From assembly GCA_012271015.1 (NCBI GenBank), contig JAAXHD010000056.1, positions 10,115 through 74,114 on the forward strand: a stretch of 64,000 bases of DNA, in the 5' to 3' direction. Numbering within the stretch: the stretch's first letter is position 1; each line of letters begins with the position of its first letter. This stretch comes from Candidatus Poribacteria bacterium (lineage in GTDB: Bacteria; Poribacteria; WGA-4E; WGA-3G). The position numbers and the translations under genes are program-made. The notes under the pieces were generated by a model, which had not been told where the DNA came from, did no database searches, and saw only the letters and a list, made by a program, of their open reading frames with translations. Positions 8,283 through 18,978 of this stretch are shown here, piece after piece.

Positions 8283-9479
8283 CTACCGATCTAACTCCCC
8301 GGCAATAACATTCAGACTTCCCAAAACAGCCACGGTATCGGAAACCATTCCGCCCTCCAACATGTGCGGTAGTGCTTGGAAGTGTAAGAAACTCGGCGGA
8401 CGGATACGGATGCGATAAGCGGTTCCGCTGCCATCACTGACGATATAAAATCCGAGTTCGCCGTTCGGTGACTCGGTGGCACAATAATGTTCACCCTTTG
8501 GCGTCTCCACGCCGTGCCCGTCCATAACAACCTTAAAATGATGAATCAAGCCTTCAATATGCCCATAAGCATCGGACTTATTTGGCATCGTAATCTTGTT
8601 ATCTTCGAGGTTGACCGGTCCGTCAGGCATATTATCCAGGACTTGGGTAACGATACCACAACTCTGAATCATCTCTTCCATCCGGACAAGGTAGCGGTCG
8701 TAGGCATCGCCGTTGGTTCCAACTGGCACCTCAAATGTGACTTCATCGTAACTGGAGTAGGGTTCAGCCTTGCGTATATCATGCGACACACCGGTGGCTC
8801 GGAGACAGGGACCTGTTAATCCGTAGCTTATAGCATCATCAGGTGAAATGGGTCCGACATCTTTCGTCCGATCCATCCAGATACGGTTCCGCGTGAGGAG
8901 TGTATGCGTCTCCTTGAGTGCCTTTGGGAAGTTGCTGACGAATTGGTGTACATCTTCTTCACACCCAGCATAGAGGTCGCGAAGCACACCGCCAATACGC
9001 GTGTAACTGGTCGTCAATCGTGCTCCAGTCGTCTTTTCAAAGATGCTATACAACTTTTCGCGTTCGCGGAAACTATAGAGGAATACAGAGAACGCTCCTA
9101 AGTCCAAGGCAGCAGTTCCCAACCATAGTAAGTGATCTGCGACTCGTGAGAGCTCCGCCATCAACATACGGATGTATTGACACCGCTTTGGGACCTCAAT
9201 GTCGAGCAACTGCTCGACAGCAAGCACATAACCGAAATTGTTAGACAACGGCGATAGATAGTTCATCCGGTCGGTTACAACAATATACTGGTTGTAATCC
9301 AAATGTTCACCGAGCTTCTCAAATCCGGTATGCAGGTAGCCGGCATGTGGTGTTGCCTTCAAAACGGATTCACCATCAAGCTCCAACACGATACGAAGAG
9401 TACCGTGAGTTGCCGGATGTTGCGGACCGAAGCTGAGAACCATCTTCTCACCTGTGGCGCGTTCCTGCCCACCTTGCAT
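8283..9479 (-). CDS. nuoD: NADH-quinone oxidoreductase subunit D
   Basis: FGPQHPATHGTLRIVLELDGE and C-terminal IAGELDR. SD AAAGGAG lies 6 nt upstream of the ATG. Confidence 0.95.
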   Translation of the reverse strand: MQGGQERATGEKMVLSFGPQHPATHGTLRIVLELDGESVLKATPHAGYLHTGFEKLGEHLDYNQYIVVTDRMNYLSPLSNNFGYVLAVEQLLDIEVPKRCQYIRMLMAELSRVADHLLWLGTAALDLGAFSVFLYSFREREKLYSIFEKTTGARLTTSYTRIGGVLRDLYAGCEEDVHQFVSNFPKALKETHTLLTRNRIWMDRTKDVGPISPDDAISYGLTGPCLRATGVSHDIRKAEPYSSYDEVTFEVPVGTNGDAYDRYLVRMEEMIQSCGIVTQVLDNMPDGPVNLEDNKITMPNKSDAYGHIEGLIHHFKVVMDGHGVETPKGEHYCATESPNGELGFYIVSDGSGTAYRIRIRPPSFLHFQALPHMLEGGMVSDTVAVLGSLNVIAGELDR

Positions 9480-9499
9480 AGCATACTCCTTTTTTTAGA

Positions 9500-9585
9500 G
9501 GTATAAGTTGTAGGTGGTAGGTTATAAGTTAAGAGGTTTTCGCTTAATCAGCCTCTCTTATAACTTGTAACTTATAACTTATACC
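9500..9585. repeat. Long imperfect palindrome built from TATAAGTT/AACTTATA octamers in the nuoC-nuoD spacer
   Basis: Outer arms GGTATAAGTT (9500-9509) and AACTTATACC (9576-9585) are perfect. Inner TTATAAGTTAAGAGG pairs with CCTCTCTTATAACTT. There are at least four octamer copies. Confidence 0.75.
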
Positions 9586-9594
9586 CCCTTTGTT

Positions 9595-10143
9595 TTAGGC
9601 ATTCTGTTTATCAAAATTAAAGCTTTCGCGCTCGCCACGTCCGCGAAGCGGATAATCCTTTTGAAGTGGGTGTCCCTCAAAATCGTCTGGCATCAAGATC
9701 CTGCGAAGGTCGGGGTGCCCCTCAAAATTAATACCGAACATGTCATAAGTTTCACGCTCCAACCAGTTCGCACCTTTCCACAATGCAGTCACAGATGGAA
9801 TACTTAGGTCGTTTTCATGGACCGGCACCTTTACTCGGAGGCGACACTGTCCCTGATAGGAATAGAGCTGGTAGACCACCATAAACCTTGCATAATCAAA
9901 CTGCATCAATTCGGATTCCATCCGAGAATTGTCGACAGCAGTAACATCAACGAGAAAGGTATAGGCGAGTTCAGAATCTGTTTTCAGATACTCCAACACG
10001 GCGTAAACCTGTTCTTTACGTACAACAACGACAACAGTACCACGTGTTTCGTCCTGTGCCAAAAGAGCATCTGCGTGATGTTCCTCTAATTTTTCCAGTA
10101 CAATAGGTTTCGGCTGTTCTTCAACTTCTTTCTCTTCATTCAT
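9595..10143 (-). CDS. nuoC: NADH-quinone oxidoreductase subunit C
   Basis: [29 protein letters not shown] is the NuoC/30-kDa subunit signature. Confidence 0.9.
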   Translation of the reverse strand: MNEEKEVEEQPKPIVLEKLEEHHADALLAQDETRGTVVVVVRKEQVYAVLEYLKTDSELAYTFLVDVTAVDNSRMESELMQFDYARFMVVYQLYSYQGQCRLRVKVPVHENDLSIPSVTALWKGANWLERETYDMFGINFEGHPDLRRILMPDDFEGHPLQKDYPLRGRGERESFNFDKQNA

Positions 10144-10670
10144 ACGACTGTCTCTACTCCCTTAGGTGAAGCACCACTGGTGATTTTCTGTTGCACCTGT
10201 AGCACCGCATCAATGAGATCTTCGGGTCGCGGTGGGCATCCGGGTATGTAGACATCTACGGGGATGAACTGATCGACGCCTTGAATAAGCGTATAGGTAT
10301 CAAACACGCCACCACAGGAAGCACATGCCCCCATCGAAATGACCCACTTCGGATCCGGCATCTGGTCATAGATACGTTTGAGTACCGGCATCATTTTGAT
10401 GGAAATCCTACCAGAAACGATGAGCAGATCGGATTGGCGGGGTGAAAAGCGGATCGCTTCAGAACCGAACCGAGAGAGGTCGAATTTGGAAGCCAAGGTC
10501 GCCATCATCTCAATTGCACAACATGCTGTCCCGAACGGCATGGGCCACAACGAATTTTTCCGTCCCCAGTTGACGACCTTATCAATAGTCGTTGTGATAA
10601 TATTCCCATCCGTTTCTCCGACCCCTTGTCCAACAAAATCTAATCCCATGTTAAGCCTCCTTTCTTCCAA
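10140..10670 (-). CDS. nuoB: NADH-quinone oxidoreductase subunit B
   Basis: [25 protein letters not shown] and IPGCPPRPE (N2 cluster ligands). The start may instead be the ATG at 10649. Confidence 0.93.
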   Translation of the reverse strand: MEERRLNMGLDFVGQGVGETDGNIITTTIDKVVNWGRKNSLWPMPFGTACCAIEMMATLASKFDLSRFGSEAIRFSPRQSDLLIVSGRISIKMMPVLKRIYDQMPDPKWVISMGACASCGGVFDTYTLIQGVDQFIPVDVYIPGCPPRPEDLIDAVLQVQQKITSGASPKGVETVV

Positions 10671-11008
10671 GCGTAAATATAGCCGAGAAGAAGAATGCCG
10701 ATAAACACCAGCATTTCAATTAAAATAAACAAACCACTCGTCTCAGAGAATTTCTTGAAGACCACTGCCCAAGGGTAGAGGAACACCACTTCGATATCGA
10801 AGATGATAAAGAGCATCGCGATGAGGTCAAACCGAATTGTAAATCGTTGCCTCGCATCGCCGATTGGGCGGACACCAGATTCGTAAACGGAGAGTTTGAC
10901 GCGGTTCGGGCGTTTGGGTCCAAGAATATGGGTTAGGGCGAGATTAATACCCGCAAAGAGGACTGCGAAGAGTCCTAACAACAAGATTGGAAGATAATCT
11001 ATTAACAT
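10640..11008 (-). CDS. nuoA: NADH-quinone oxidoreductase subunit A
   Basis: 122-aa three-TM protein containing [39 protein letters not shown]. It is the first gene of the nuo cluster. Confidence 0.9.
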   Translation of the reverse strand: MLIDYLPILLLGLFAVLFAGINLALTHILGPKRPNRVKLSVYESGVRPIGDARQRFTIRFDLIAMLFIIFDIEVVFLYPWAVVFKKFSETSGLFILIEMLVFIGILLLGYIYAWKKGGLTWD

Positions 11009-11286
11009 TGTTTCTAATCTATTTGGTTTCCCTCACACATCTTAATATTGGATTGCGAACTTCACCAAAGTTACAGGTTAATGCAAACTCCGAAACACAA
11101 TTTTCTAATATGCTTAATAGTTTCTCATATTTTAAAAATATTGTCAAGTTTTTTTTAAAAAATATAAAGTATTTACAAATTCTCCAGTGCCCATTCGTTT
11201 GGTTTACTAAAACCTTAATTTTGAAGTTAAGATCGTCCCCATAACTCCAGATTCAAACTGGAGCAGATAGCCTGTTATTCCTATGT

Positions 11287-12042
11287 CTAAAACTGCTTCA
11301 ATTGTCCCCATGTCGTCGCGAGTTTTCCTTGGGGCGTTACGGCAAACCCACCGTTATTCGGAATGTTATCGCCAGTGACAGTAATGTTATCAAAGAGTGC
11401 CGTGTAATTTGCAAGACCGAGACCCACACCGCCAGTCCGAAAACTGGTCAGTTTACCCGCCTTTGTCTTAATTTTTTGCCCGTTGTGCGGCGGCGCAAAA
11501 TCATCTCCGGTTTCCGCAATTTCCTTGCCATTTAAGAAAAAAATGAAATTTGTCCCCTTAACGCTTAACTTTAGATGCGACCACTTGTTCAACCTTAAAA
11601 GCGGATGGGGTTCAAAGTAGAGGACTGAAAATTCTGCATCGTGCAAATCACCGTTCATACAACTCAAAAATGGTCCGAGGAGCGGATCCTTATTACCGAA
11701 GATCACTTGGTCCGCAAAACTACAGTAGAATAACAGACTGCCTTTAACCCGTGCTGCAATCGCTATAGCACCCCTACCGTGTTTTTTCAGCGGCTTGACA
11801 TCAAACGTAAGGGTATAATCTTCCCATGTATCATCACCCGTTGCGAGTAGATGCGGAAACCCCTCATGACTTACGGCGTGAAGTTCATCATTAATAACGT
11901 TCCAAGAACCAGCTGTCTCATTCAGATGGACCAGTTCCTGCCATCCTTCCAAATCTCTGTCATCAAAAGTTTCAAAAAATGTTCCTGCGCATACGGAAAA
12001 TGTGAAAAGAAAAAGTAGGGCTATAATGGATGTGAGTTGCAT
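11287..12042 (-). CDS. Secreted concanavalin/LamG-like (DUF1080-like) protein with a K-L-A-T-T-W-G-Q-L-K C-terminal tail
   Basis: Signal peptide MQLTSIIALLFLFTFSVCAG. FETFDDRDLEGWQ...WNVINDEL...LFDNITV resembles the DUF1080 layout. SD GGAGATAGGAG lies upstream. Confidence 0.5.
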   Translation of the reverse strand: MQLTSIIALLFLFTFSVCAGTFFETFDDRDLEGWQELVHLNETAGSWNVINDELHAVSHEGFPHLLATGDDTWEDYTLTFDVKPLKKHGRGAIAIAARVKGSLLFYCSFADQVIFGNKDPLLGPFLSCMNGDLHDAEFSVLYFEPHPLLRLNKWSHLKLSVKGTNFIFFLNGKEIAETGDDFAPPHNGQKIKTKAGKLTSFRTGGVGLGLANYTALFDNITVTGDNIPNNGGFAVTPQGKLATTWGQLKQF

Positions 12043-12141
12043 CTCCTATCTCCTTTATAGTAAAATCTACAATATACTTATACGTCCTATTGTAGCATAA
12101 ACTAACAGTTCGTGCTACATTGTAATTTCAGAACGATGGAC

Positions 12142-12786
12142 TCACGGTGATAAACGTGTCATTTCCCATGTTCCATCGGGCTGTAGCGTATAACACAGCC
12201 TATCATGAAGGCGGTTTGGACATCCTTGCCAAAACTCAAATAGATTCGGCACAAGTCGGTATCCACCCCAATGGGGTGGACGTGGTATGTCATCCGCGGA
12301 ATATGTCTGTTCTGCCCGTTGGAACGCCTCTGTGAGATGTTCCCGTCCGCCAATGACAAGGCTCTGGCGTTCTGTCCACACAGCGAGTTGACTGCTTAGA
12401 GGACGGCTGGCAAAATAAGCATCGGATTCTTCTGCTGTCATCTTTTCAACAGTGCCAGTACTGCGGACCTGCCGATCGAGTTCACGCCAATAGAATACCA
12501 ACGCGGCATTCGGATTCTCAGCAAGCTCCATCCCCTTCTGGCTCTCATAATCGGTATAGAAACAGAAACCTCTCGCATCGAAGCCTCTGAGGACTACCAT
12601 TCGAGCGGAAGGAATACCTTGTGGTGTTGCCGTTGCTAAGGTCATCGCATCCGGCAGATCAAGTTTGGCGGCAATCGCATCAGAGAACCACCGGTCAAAT
12701 TGGTCAAACGGATCGGACGCAGCATTCTTTTCAAGCAGATGCCCACTATAGGCTCTATATTCTCTGCGTAGTTTTTCGGTGTCCAT
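12142..12786 (-). CDS. pdxH: Pyridoxamine 5'-phosphate oxidase
   Basis: RMVVLRGFDARGFCFYTDYESQKG, FASRPLSSQLAVW, and HWGGYRLVPNLFEFWQGCPNRLHDRL...RLSP. Confidence 0.9.
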   Translation of the reverse strand: MDTEKLRREYRAYSGHLLEKNAASDPFDQFDRWFSDAIAAKLDLPDAMTLATATPQGIPSARMVVLRGFDARGFCFYTDYESQKGMELAENPNAALVFYWRELDRQVRSTGTVEKMTAEESDAYFASRPLSSQLAVWTERQSLVIGGREHLTEAFQRAEQTYSADDIPRPPHWGGYRLVPNLFEFWQGCPNRLHDRLCYTLQPDGTWEMTRLSP

Positions 12787-12789
12787 AGT

Positions 12790-14295
12790 TTACCTTTTCC
12801 AGAAATTCGGTGAAAAGAGGATAAGCACGGTATAAAGTTCTAAACGTCCCAGTAACATACAGAAGGACAGCACATATTTTCCAACTGTATGAATATGGGC
12901 ATAGTTATCGGTCGGTCCGACACTACCGAGACCGGGACCGATGTTTCCCATCGTAGCGATTGTTGCCCCAGCAGCACTCACAAGGTCAAGTCCCAAAGTT
13001 GCCATAATGCACGTTACAATCGCAAAAATCCCGATGAAAAAGAAAAAGAATCCGAGGACATTCGTCATGACTTCGGGTGGAACGACCCGATCGTTAACGC
13101 GAATCGGAAGCACGGCATGCGGAAAGAGGAGGCGTTTAATTTCAGCACCGCTCTGCTTGATGAGAAGTAGAAATCGCACCTGCTTCATACCGCCACCAGT
13201 GGAACCTGCACATCCCCCGTAGAACATAAGCGTGACCAAAATGAATATGGAAAGGGCGGGCCAGCGTTCATAGTCAGCAGTCCCATAGCCGGTGGTCGTA
13301 ATAATAGACATGACCTGAAACGTTGCATAGCGTAGCGATGTCCACATCGAATCATAGGGGATATCCCCATCGACCCGAAATCTAATCGTATTCCATGAGA
13401 TTACGGTAATGCTCACTGCGATAACAATACAGTAGAATTTGAATTCCGTATCTTGGAGATAAGCTTTGACATTGCCCCGGAGGGCTCGATAGTGAAGTGC
13501 GAAATTGGTCCCGGCGAGGAACATGAAGCAACTGATTACCATGTCGATATAAACACTATTGTAGTGCCCGATGCTCTGGTTCTTCGTAGAAAACCCACCG
13601 GTTGCCATCGTGCCAAAGGTGTGGCAGAGGGCATCAAAAAGCGACATTCCGCCGAGCATTAGTAGCACCGTTTCTAAAAAAGAGAGAAGAAGATAAACGC
13701 CCCAGAGAAGTTTAGCGGTCTGGGCAATACGGGGGGTGAGTCGATCGGTCTGCGGTCCTGGAGCCTCAGCGCGAAAAAGCTGCATACCCCCGATGCCGAG
13801 CATTGGAAGAATCGCGACAGCAAGCACAACAATTCCCATCCCACCAAGCCAGTGGGAAAGACTCCGCCAGAAGAGTACGGCGTGTGAAAGATGTTCAATT
13901 TCGGTGAGGACAGTGGCACCGGTCGTCGAGAACCCCGCCATAGACTCAAAATAACAGAAAGAAAACTCCACCCACGAGGAGCGCCCCTCACTGTGAAACA
14001 CATCTGCAAATATGTAGGGGAGCGAACCAAAAAGAGCGACTGTCACCCATCCCAACGCAACAACTGCGAAGCCTTCGCGTATGCCGAGCTCCTCCTGCCG
14101 CGCGCGAATACTTAAACGGAGAGCTAAACCAACGACTACGGTAAATATTGCCGAGATGACAAATGCTGTCAAATTACTCTCGGTTTCACCCGCTCTTCCC
14201 TGATAATTGATAGCCACTCCCAAGGGAAGCAGCATCGTTCCCGCGAGACAAATAAGTAAATTACCAAGCGTATAAGCGATTAATTTAAGACTCAT
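12790..14295 (-). CDS. trkH: Trk-type potassium uptake protein, membrane subunit
   Basis: 501-aa polytopic protein with repeated pore-loop motifs (GFSTTGAT, TGGFST, TTTGYGT, GGCAGSTGGGMK). Confidence 0.88.
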   Translation of the reverse strand: MSLKLIAYTLGNLLICLAGTMLLPLGVAINYQGRAGETESNLTAFVISAIFTVVVGLALRLSIRARQEELGIREGFAVVALGWVTVALFGSLPYIFADVFHSEGRSSWVEFSFCYFESMAGFSTTGATVLTEIEHLSHAVLFWRSLSHWLGGMGIVVLAVAILPMLGIGGMQLFRAEAPGPQTDRLTPRIAQTAKLLWGVYLLLSFLETVLLMLGGMSLFDALCHTFGTMATGGFSTKNQSIGHYNSVYIDMVISCFMFLAGTNFALHYRALRGNVKAYLQDTEFKFYCIVIAVSITVISWNTIRFRVDGDIPYDSMWTSLRYATFQVMSIITTTGYGTADYERWPALSIFILVTLMFYGGCAGSTGGGMKQVRFLLLIKQSGAEIKRLLFPHAVLPIRVNDRVVPPEVMTNVLGFFFFFIGIFAIVTCIMATLGLDLVSAAGATIATMGNIGPGLGSVGPTDNYAHIHTVGKYVLSFCMLLGRLELYTVLILFSPNFWKR

Positions 14296-14436
14296 TTTAA
14301 TAGTTATCGGTTGTCAGTTGTCAGTGAAGAGGTCTTGACATATCAATCCACGACCTCTCGGAGTCATCCAAATTAGGGTAGATTGTTACAAAGGCACCTC
14401 TTTACCGTTAACCGATACCTGAAAGCTGACAACCAT

Positions 14437-15843
14437 TTAGATTCGGCGTTCGGCGAACAAGTCTTCGACAATTGGAATCGCGCCTGGCATACTAAAGACG
14501 ATCACACGATCTGCGGGTTGGATAACAGACTGACCGGTTGGAATAATGAGTTTTTCCCGTCGAATAACGGCACCGATAAAGGCATTTTCTGGGAATTTCG
14601 TTTTGAAAGAGATGAGTTCCTTGTGGACAATTTTCGCGTTGACACCAGCGACAATCTCAATAACTTCCGCATCTATTCCGTGGAGCGAAGCAACAGAAAC
14701 TATATTGCCACGCCGGATGAGCCGCAGGATATTGCTAACAACAGTAAGATGTCGGCTGACGGCACCATCAAGTCTCGGAATACGTGCCAACAAGGGGAGA
14801 TAACGGGGTCGCTGAACGAGTGCGAGTACGCGCTGGGCACCGTTCTCTTTGGCAGTCATACATGCCATAATATCGTTTTCATCGTCTCCAGTAACGGAGA
14901 CGAATCCGTTAACACCATCTATACCCGCTTCTTCAAGGAGTCTGTATTGGAGATAGTCTCCCTGTAAAACGGTGGTGCGTTTTAGCGTTCGGGATGCCAG
15001 TTGTGCTTGCGTTTCATCGGCTTCAATGAGTTTGACGTTGGTGTCGTTTTCTTCAAGCACACGGGCAAGCCCAATGCCGATAGGACTTGCGCCAACAATG
15101 ATAACGCGGTCAAGTCGCTGATTAAACGTGATACCACTAATACGTAACAATTGTTCCACTGCCAACGCACTGCCGATGACAAAGACTTCGTCCCCTTGTT
15201 GCAAAGCATTTGTCCCTCTCGGAATGATAATATGCCTGCTACCATTACTGATCGGGTTGCCGTTACTGGAGGTTTCTCGACGACTAATAGCAGCAAAACG
15301 GATATCAGTGAGCAGGCCACTCGCGTCTAACTCCGCGAGCGATTTTCCGATTAAAGGGTTTGACTGTCTGGCGCGAAAGGAAACAAGCTGGACTTTTCCG
15401 TCTTCAAACTCGACAATCTCCCGCGCCTCAGGTATCTGCAAGAGTCGGACGAATTCAGCAATACAGTGCTGCTCTGGATTCACCAGAAGATCAATGCCGA
15501 AATCTTTAGGGGTCAGTCCGCTTTCCGTGGAGAAATAGTCAGGATTTGAGACACGTGCAATTTTTGTGATGACACTGTACCTGCTGGCTATCTGACAAGC
15601 GAGCATATTAATCTCATCGCTATTTGTAACAGCAATGAGGAGTTCAGCTTCGTCAATTCCAGCGGTTTTGAGAAGGCGCGGCGATGCCCCGGATCCATGC
15701 AGCGTTTGTAAGTCCAATTGTTCATTAACCCGGTCGCAGGCGGCATTGGACTCATCAATGAGAACAACATCGTTATCTTGGACAGTGAGAAGTTTGGCGA
15801 TATGGAATCCTACCTCTCCTGCACCTATAATTATGGCTTTCAT
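14437..15843 (-). CDS. trkA: Trk system NAD-binding subunit (two RCK N/C modules)
   Basis: MKAIIIGAGEVGFHIAKLL, and a second Rossmann motif VIIVGASPIGIGLARVL. Confidence 0.9.
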   Translation of the reverse strand: MKAIIIGAGEVGFHIAKLLTVQDNDVVLIDESNAACDRVNEQLDLQTLHGSGASPRLLKTAGIDEAELLIAVTNSDEINMLACQIASRYSVITKIARVSNPDYFSTESGLTPKDFGIDLLVNPEQHCIAEFVRLLQIPEAREIVEFEDGKVQLVSFRARQSNPLIGKSLAELDASGLLTDIRFAAISRRETSSNGNPISNGSRHIIIPRGTNALQQGDEVFVIGSALAVEQLLRISGITFNQRLDRVIIVGASPIGIGLARVLEENDTNVKLIEADETQAQLASRTLKRTTVLQGDYLQYRLLEEAGIDGVNGFVSVTGDDENDIMACMTAKENGAQRVLALVQRPRYLPLLARIPRLDGAVSRHLTVVSNILRLIRRGNIVSVASLHGIDAEVIEIVAGVNAKIVHKELISFKTKFPENAFIGAVIRREKLIIPTGQSVIQPADRVIVFSMPGAIPIVEDLFAERRI

Positions 15844-15872
15844 ATTTTAATTTTACCTTGCGGTTTGGTCAG
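15844..15872 (-). promoter_or_regulatory. Conserved leader box abutting the trkA start
   Basis: Minus-sense CTGACCAAACCGCAAGGTAAAATTAAAAT-ATG. Confidence 0.6.
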
Positions 15873-15908
15873 GTGGATTGGGGACATCAAGCACATCTCC
15901 ATAGATCC

Positions 15909-15929
15909 GCCTGCGCCGTTGTTGCAGGC
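15909..15929 (-). repeat. AACAACGG-loop hairpin, copy 4
   Basis: Minus-sense GCCTGC-AACAACGGC-GCAGGC, 65 nt upstream of the trkA ATG. Confidence 0.8.
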
Positions 15930-16084
15930 TACTATTTCGGTTCAATGAAAGCACTACTAAACTTTGGATAATTTTAAGGAAGATACACCTTAGGTTTCCC
16001 CGCTGGGCTAAAGAGGTCGTTGATGAACAGGAAACCAACGGGCTCTTATGCTACAATTGTCCAAACTATAGTAAGTCCTAATGT

Positions 16085-18976
16085 TTAATATTCGTCAAGT
16101 GGTGGGCAAGCACACATAAGGTTTCTATCCCCATAAACCTCGTTGATACGTGCGACTGCGGGCCAAAATTTAGCCTCGCGGACCCAAGGTTTTGGAAACG
16201 CTGCTTTTTCACGTGAATAGGAGTACCTCCACTCGGATTGTGTAACCACTTCCACAGTGTGGGGGGCATTCTTTAATATATTGTCTACCTGATCAGCAAC
16301 GCCCGCTTCAATCTCCGCTATCTCTTCACGTATTGAAATGAGAGCGTCACAGAACCGTTCCAACTCCGCCTTGGATTCGCTCTCTGTCGGTTCAATCATC
16401 ATCGTCCCCAGTACGGGCCAGGAGACAGTCGGTGCGTGGAATCCATAGTCCATCAGTCGCTTTGCGACATCGGTCACATCTATATCGGCACTTTTCTTGA
16501 AAGCCCGCAAATCAATGATGCATTCGTGAGCAACCAAGCCGTTCTTTCCAGTATAAAGGACAGGATAATGAGGGGCAAGCCGTTTGGCAATATAGTTAGC
16601 GTTCAGGATCGCAACTTCTGTCGCGGTTGTAAGCCCTTGCGTTCCCATCATCGCAATATATGCCCAAGAGATAGGCAGAATTCCTGGACTCCCCCACGGG
16701 GCAGCAGACACGGCACCAATTCCAGCATCACCCCCAACAGGGACAAGCGGATGCGTGGGCAAGAAATCTGTGAGATGCGCCTTGACACCAATAGGTCCCA
16801 TCCCTGGGCCACCGCCACCGTGTGGGATACAGAAAGTTTTGTGAAGATTCAAATGGCATACATCCGCTCCAATATCTGCGGGCTGTCCGATTCCGACAAG
16901 GGCATTCAGATTCGCCCCGTCCATATAGACCTGTCCACCGGATTGATGAACAATATCACAAATCTCTCGAATTTTCTCTTCAAAGACCCCGTGTGTTGAA
17001 GGGTATGTAATCATAGCAGCGGCAAGATTTTGGCGATGCTCGTCAGCTTTCAATCGGAGATCTTCGAGGTCAATATTCCCATCGGTATCGCACGCGACAA
17101 CGACGACTTGCATACCCGCCATCACAGCACTCGCAGGATTTGTGCCGTGGGCGGAGGTCGGGATCAAACAGACATTCCGATGTGCTTCATTACGGCTTTC
17201 ATGGTATTTTCGAATGACCAATAGTCCTGCATATTCGCCCTGTGAACCCGCATTTGGTTGCAGTGAAATACCACTATAACCGGTTATCTCAGCTAACCAC
17301 GTTTCCAACTGTGAAAATAGAGTCTGATAGCCTTCTGCTTGCTCTCGTGGTGCGAAGGGGTGCAGTCCGCCAAATTCGTTCCACGTCACCGGGACCATCT
17401 CCGCTGTAGCGTTGAGTTTCATGGTACAAGAACCGAGCGGTATCATGGCATTCACAAGGGAAAGATCTTTGGTTTGAAGTTTGTGGATATAGCGAAGCAT
17501 CTCGGTTTCAGAATGGTAACTATTGAACACAGGATGCGTCAGGTAGGAACTCTTCCGTTGCAAATCTATTGGAATTTCACGTGTAGGGACGCTTTCCAAA
17601 CTCGTCCGCGCACCAAATATCCGCAGGATTTCTTCGACATCAGCAGATGTTGTGGTTTCGTCTAAAGAGATACCGATATGTGTTGAATCAATCGTCCGAA
17701 GATTGATTTGTTTCGCCTGTGCAGATTCGAGCAACGCCTCCACTGTTCCTGATGAGACACCAACGGAGAGGGTATCAAAACAGGGGAATTCCCCTGTTGC
17801 AAACCCAAGTTTTTCAAGTCCTGCACGTAATGTGCAAGTGAGTGAATGGACGCGTTCAGCGATGTGCTTAAGTCCTGTGGGTCCGTGGTAGACGGCGTAC
17901 ATCCCTGCCATCACAGCGAGCAGGACCTGCGCGGTGCATATATTGCTCGTCGCCTTTTCACGCCGAATATGTTGCTCCCGCGTTTGGAGTGCCAAGCGGA
18001 TCGCGGGTTTGCCGGTCGCATCTTGAGAAACACCCGCAATCCGTCCGGGAATACTACGTTTAAGCTCTTCATGTGTGGAAAGAAAAGCTGCGTGGGGCCC
18101 CCCGTATCCGAGCGGCACACCAAACCGCTGTGCGCTACCGATAGCGATGTCAGCACCAAACTCACTGGGGGGATGTAAGAGCGTTAGTGCCAACAGGTCC
18201 GTCGCAGTAACGAATAAACCGTCAGCGGCATGCACTTGTTCAGCGAACTCACTGTAATCGTAAATCGCTCCATCTGTAGCCGGATATTGCACGAGGGCAC
18301 CTAAGATCGGTGTGTCAAAATTGGCATCGCGATGGTCACCGATTTGTAATTCAATGCCGAGCGGTTCAGCGCGTGTTTGTAGGACAGCAATTGTTTGTGG
18401 ATGACAGGTTTCTGACACAAAAAAGTTTCGACTGATCTTCTGCGGTACATTCGCAACACACATCCCCATCGCCTCAGCGGCGGCTGTTGCTTCATCCAGA
18501 AGAGAAGCATTCGCGACAGGTAAGCCGGTTAAATCAATCACCATCGTTTGGAAGTTAAGCAATGCTTCCAAGCGTCCCTGTGAAATCTCGGCTTGATAGG
18601 GTGTGTATTGGGTGTACCAACCCGGATTCTCCAGAATGTTTCGCTGGATGACGGGGGGAACAAAGCAATTATAGTATCCCATTCCAATAAAAGAGCGAAA
18701 GACCTGGTTTTGCGCAGCAAGTTTCTTTAGAGCGGCAAGCACCTCCGACTCTGACTTTGCAATATGGGCTTGCAAGCTACGCCCTGGGCCAGATGCATCA
18801 CCATCTAAACTGAAAGGGGAGGATATACGAATGTCCGTTGGTACAACATCTTCAACGAAATCAGCCATTGAAGAATAGCCGAGCGTTGACAACATCAATT
18901 CAATATCCTCTGGACGAGGACCGATGTGTCGATTTGCGAAGGTCACAGTTATCTTTCCTTGAAATAAAAATGCCAT
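16085..18976 (-). CDS. gcvP: Glycine dehydrogenase (decarboxylating), single-chain P protein
   Basis: FANRHIGP near the N-terminus and the PLP-site region [16 protein letters not shown]. The track start at 19030 is TTG. The ATG at 18976 places FANRHIGP at about the same distance from the N-terminus as in E. coli GcvP and leaves a hairpin-filled spacer. Confidence 0.9.
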   Translation of the reverse strand: MAFLFQGKITVTFANRHIGPRPEDIELMLSTLGYSSMADFVEDVVPTDIRISSPFSLDGDASGPGRSLQAHIAKSESEVLAALKKLAAQNQVFRSFIGMGYYNCFVPPVIQRNILENPGWYTQYTPYQAEISQGRLEALLNFQTMVIDLTGLPVANASLLDEATAAAEAMGMCVANVPQKISRNFFVSETCHPQTIAVLQTRAEPLGIELQIGDHRDANFDTPILGALVQYPATDGAIYDYSEFAEQVHAADGLFVTATDLLALTLLHPPSEFGADIAIGSAQRFGVPLGYGGPHAAFLSTHEELKRSIPGRIAGVSQDATGKPAIRLALQTREQHIRREKATSNICTAQVLLAVMAGMYAVYHGPTGLKHIAERVHSLTCTLRAGLEKLGFATGEFPCFDTLSVGVSSGTVEALLESAQAKQINLRTIDSTHIGISLDETTTSADVEEILRIFGARTSLESVPTREIPIDLQRKSSYLTHPVFNSYHSETEMLRYIHKLQTKDLSLVNAMIPLGSCTMKLNATAEMVPVTWNEFGGLHPFAPREQAEGYQTLFSQLETWLAEITGYSGISLQPNAGSQGEYAGLLVIRKYHESRNEAHRNVCLIPTSAHGTNPASAVMAGMQVVVVACDTDGNIDLEDLRLKADEHRQNLAAAMITYPSTHGVFEEKIREICDIVHQSGGQVYMDGANLNALVGIGQPADIGADVCHLNLHKTFCIPHGGGGPGMGPIGVKAHLTDFLPTHPLVPVGGDAGIGAVSAAPWGSPGILPISWAYIAMMGTQGLTTATEVAILNANYIAKRLAPHYPVLYTGKNGLVAHECIIDLRAFKKSADIDVTDVAKRLMDYGFHAPTVSWPVLGTMMIEPTESESKAELERFCDALISIREEIAEIEAGVADQVDNILKNAPHTVEVVTQSEWRYSYSREKAAFPKPWVREAKFWPAVARINEVYGDRNLMCACPPLDEY

Positions 18977-18978
18977 AA

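Noticed and set aside
11009-11286. nuo operon promoter: a minus-strand TTGACA at 11147-11142 within an A/T palindrome (ATATTTTAAAAATAT)
   Set aside because: No acceptable -10 hexamer lies at 16-18 nt (GAAACT). The region is very likely regulatory, but I cannot place a promoter with confidence.
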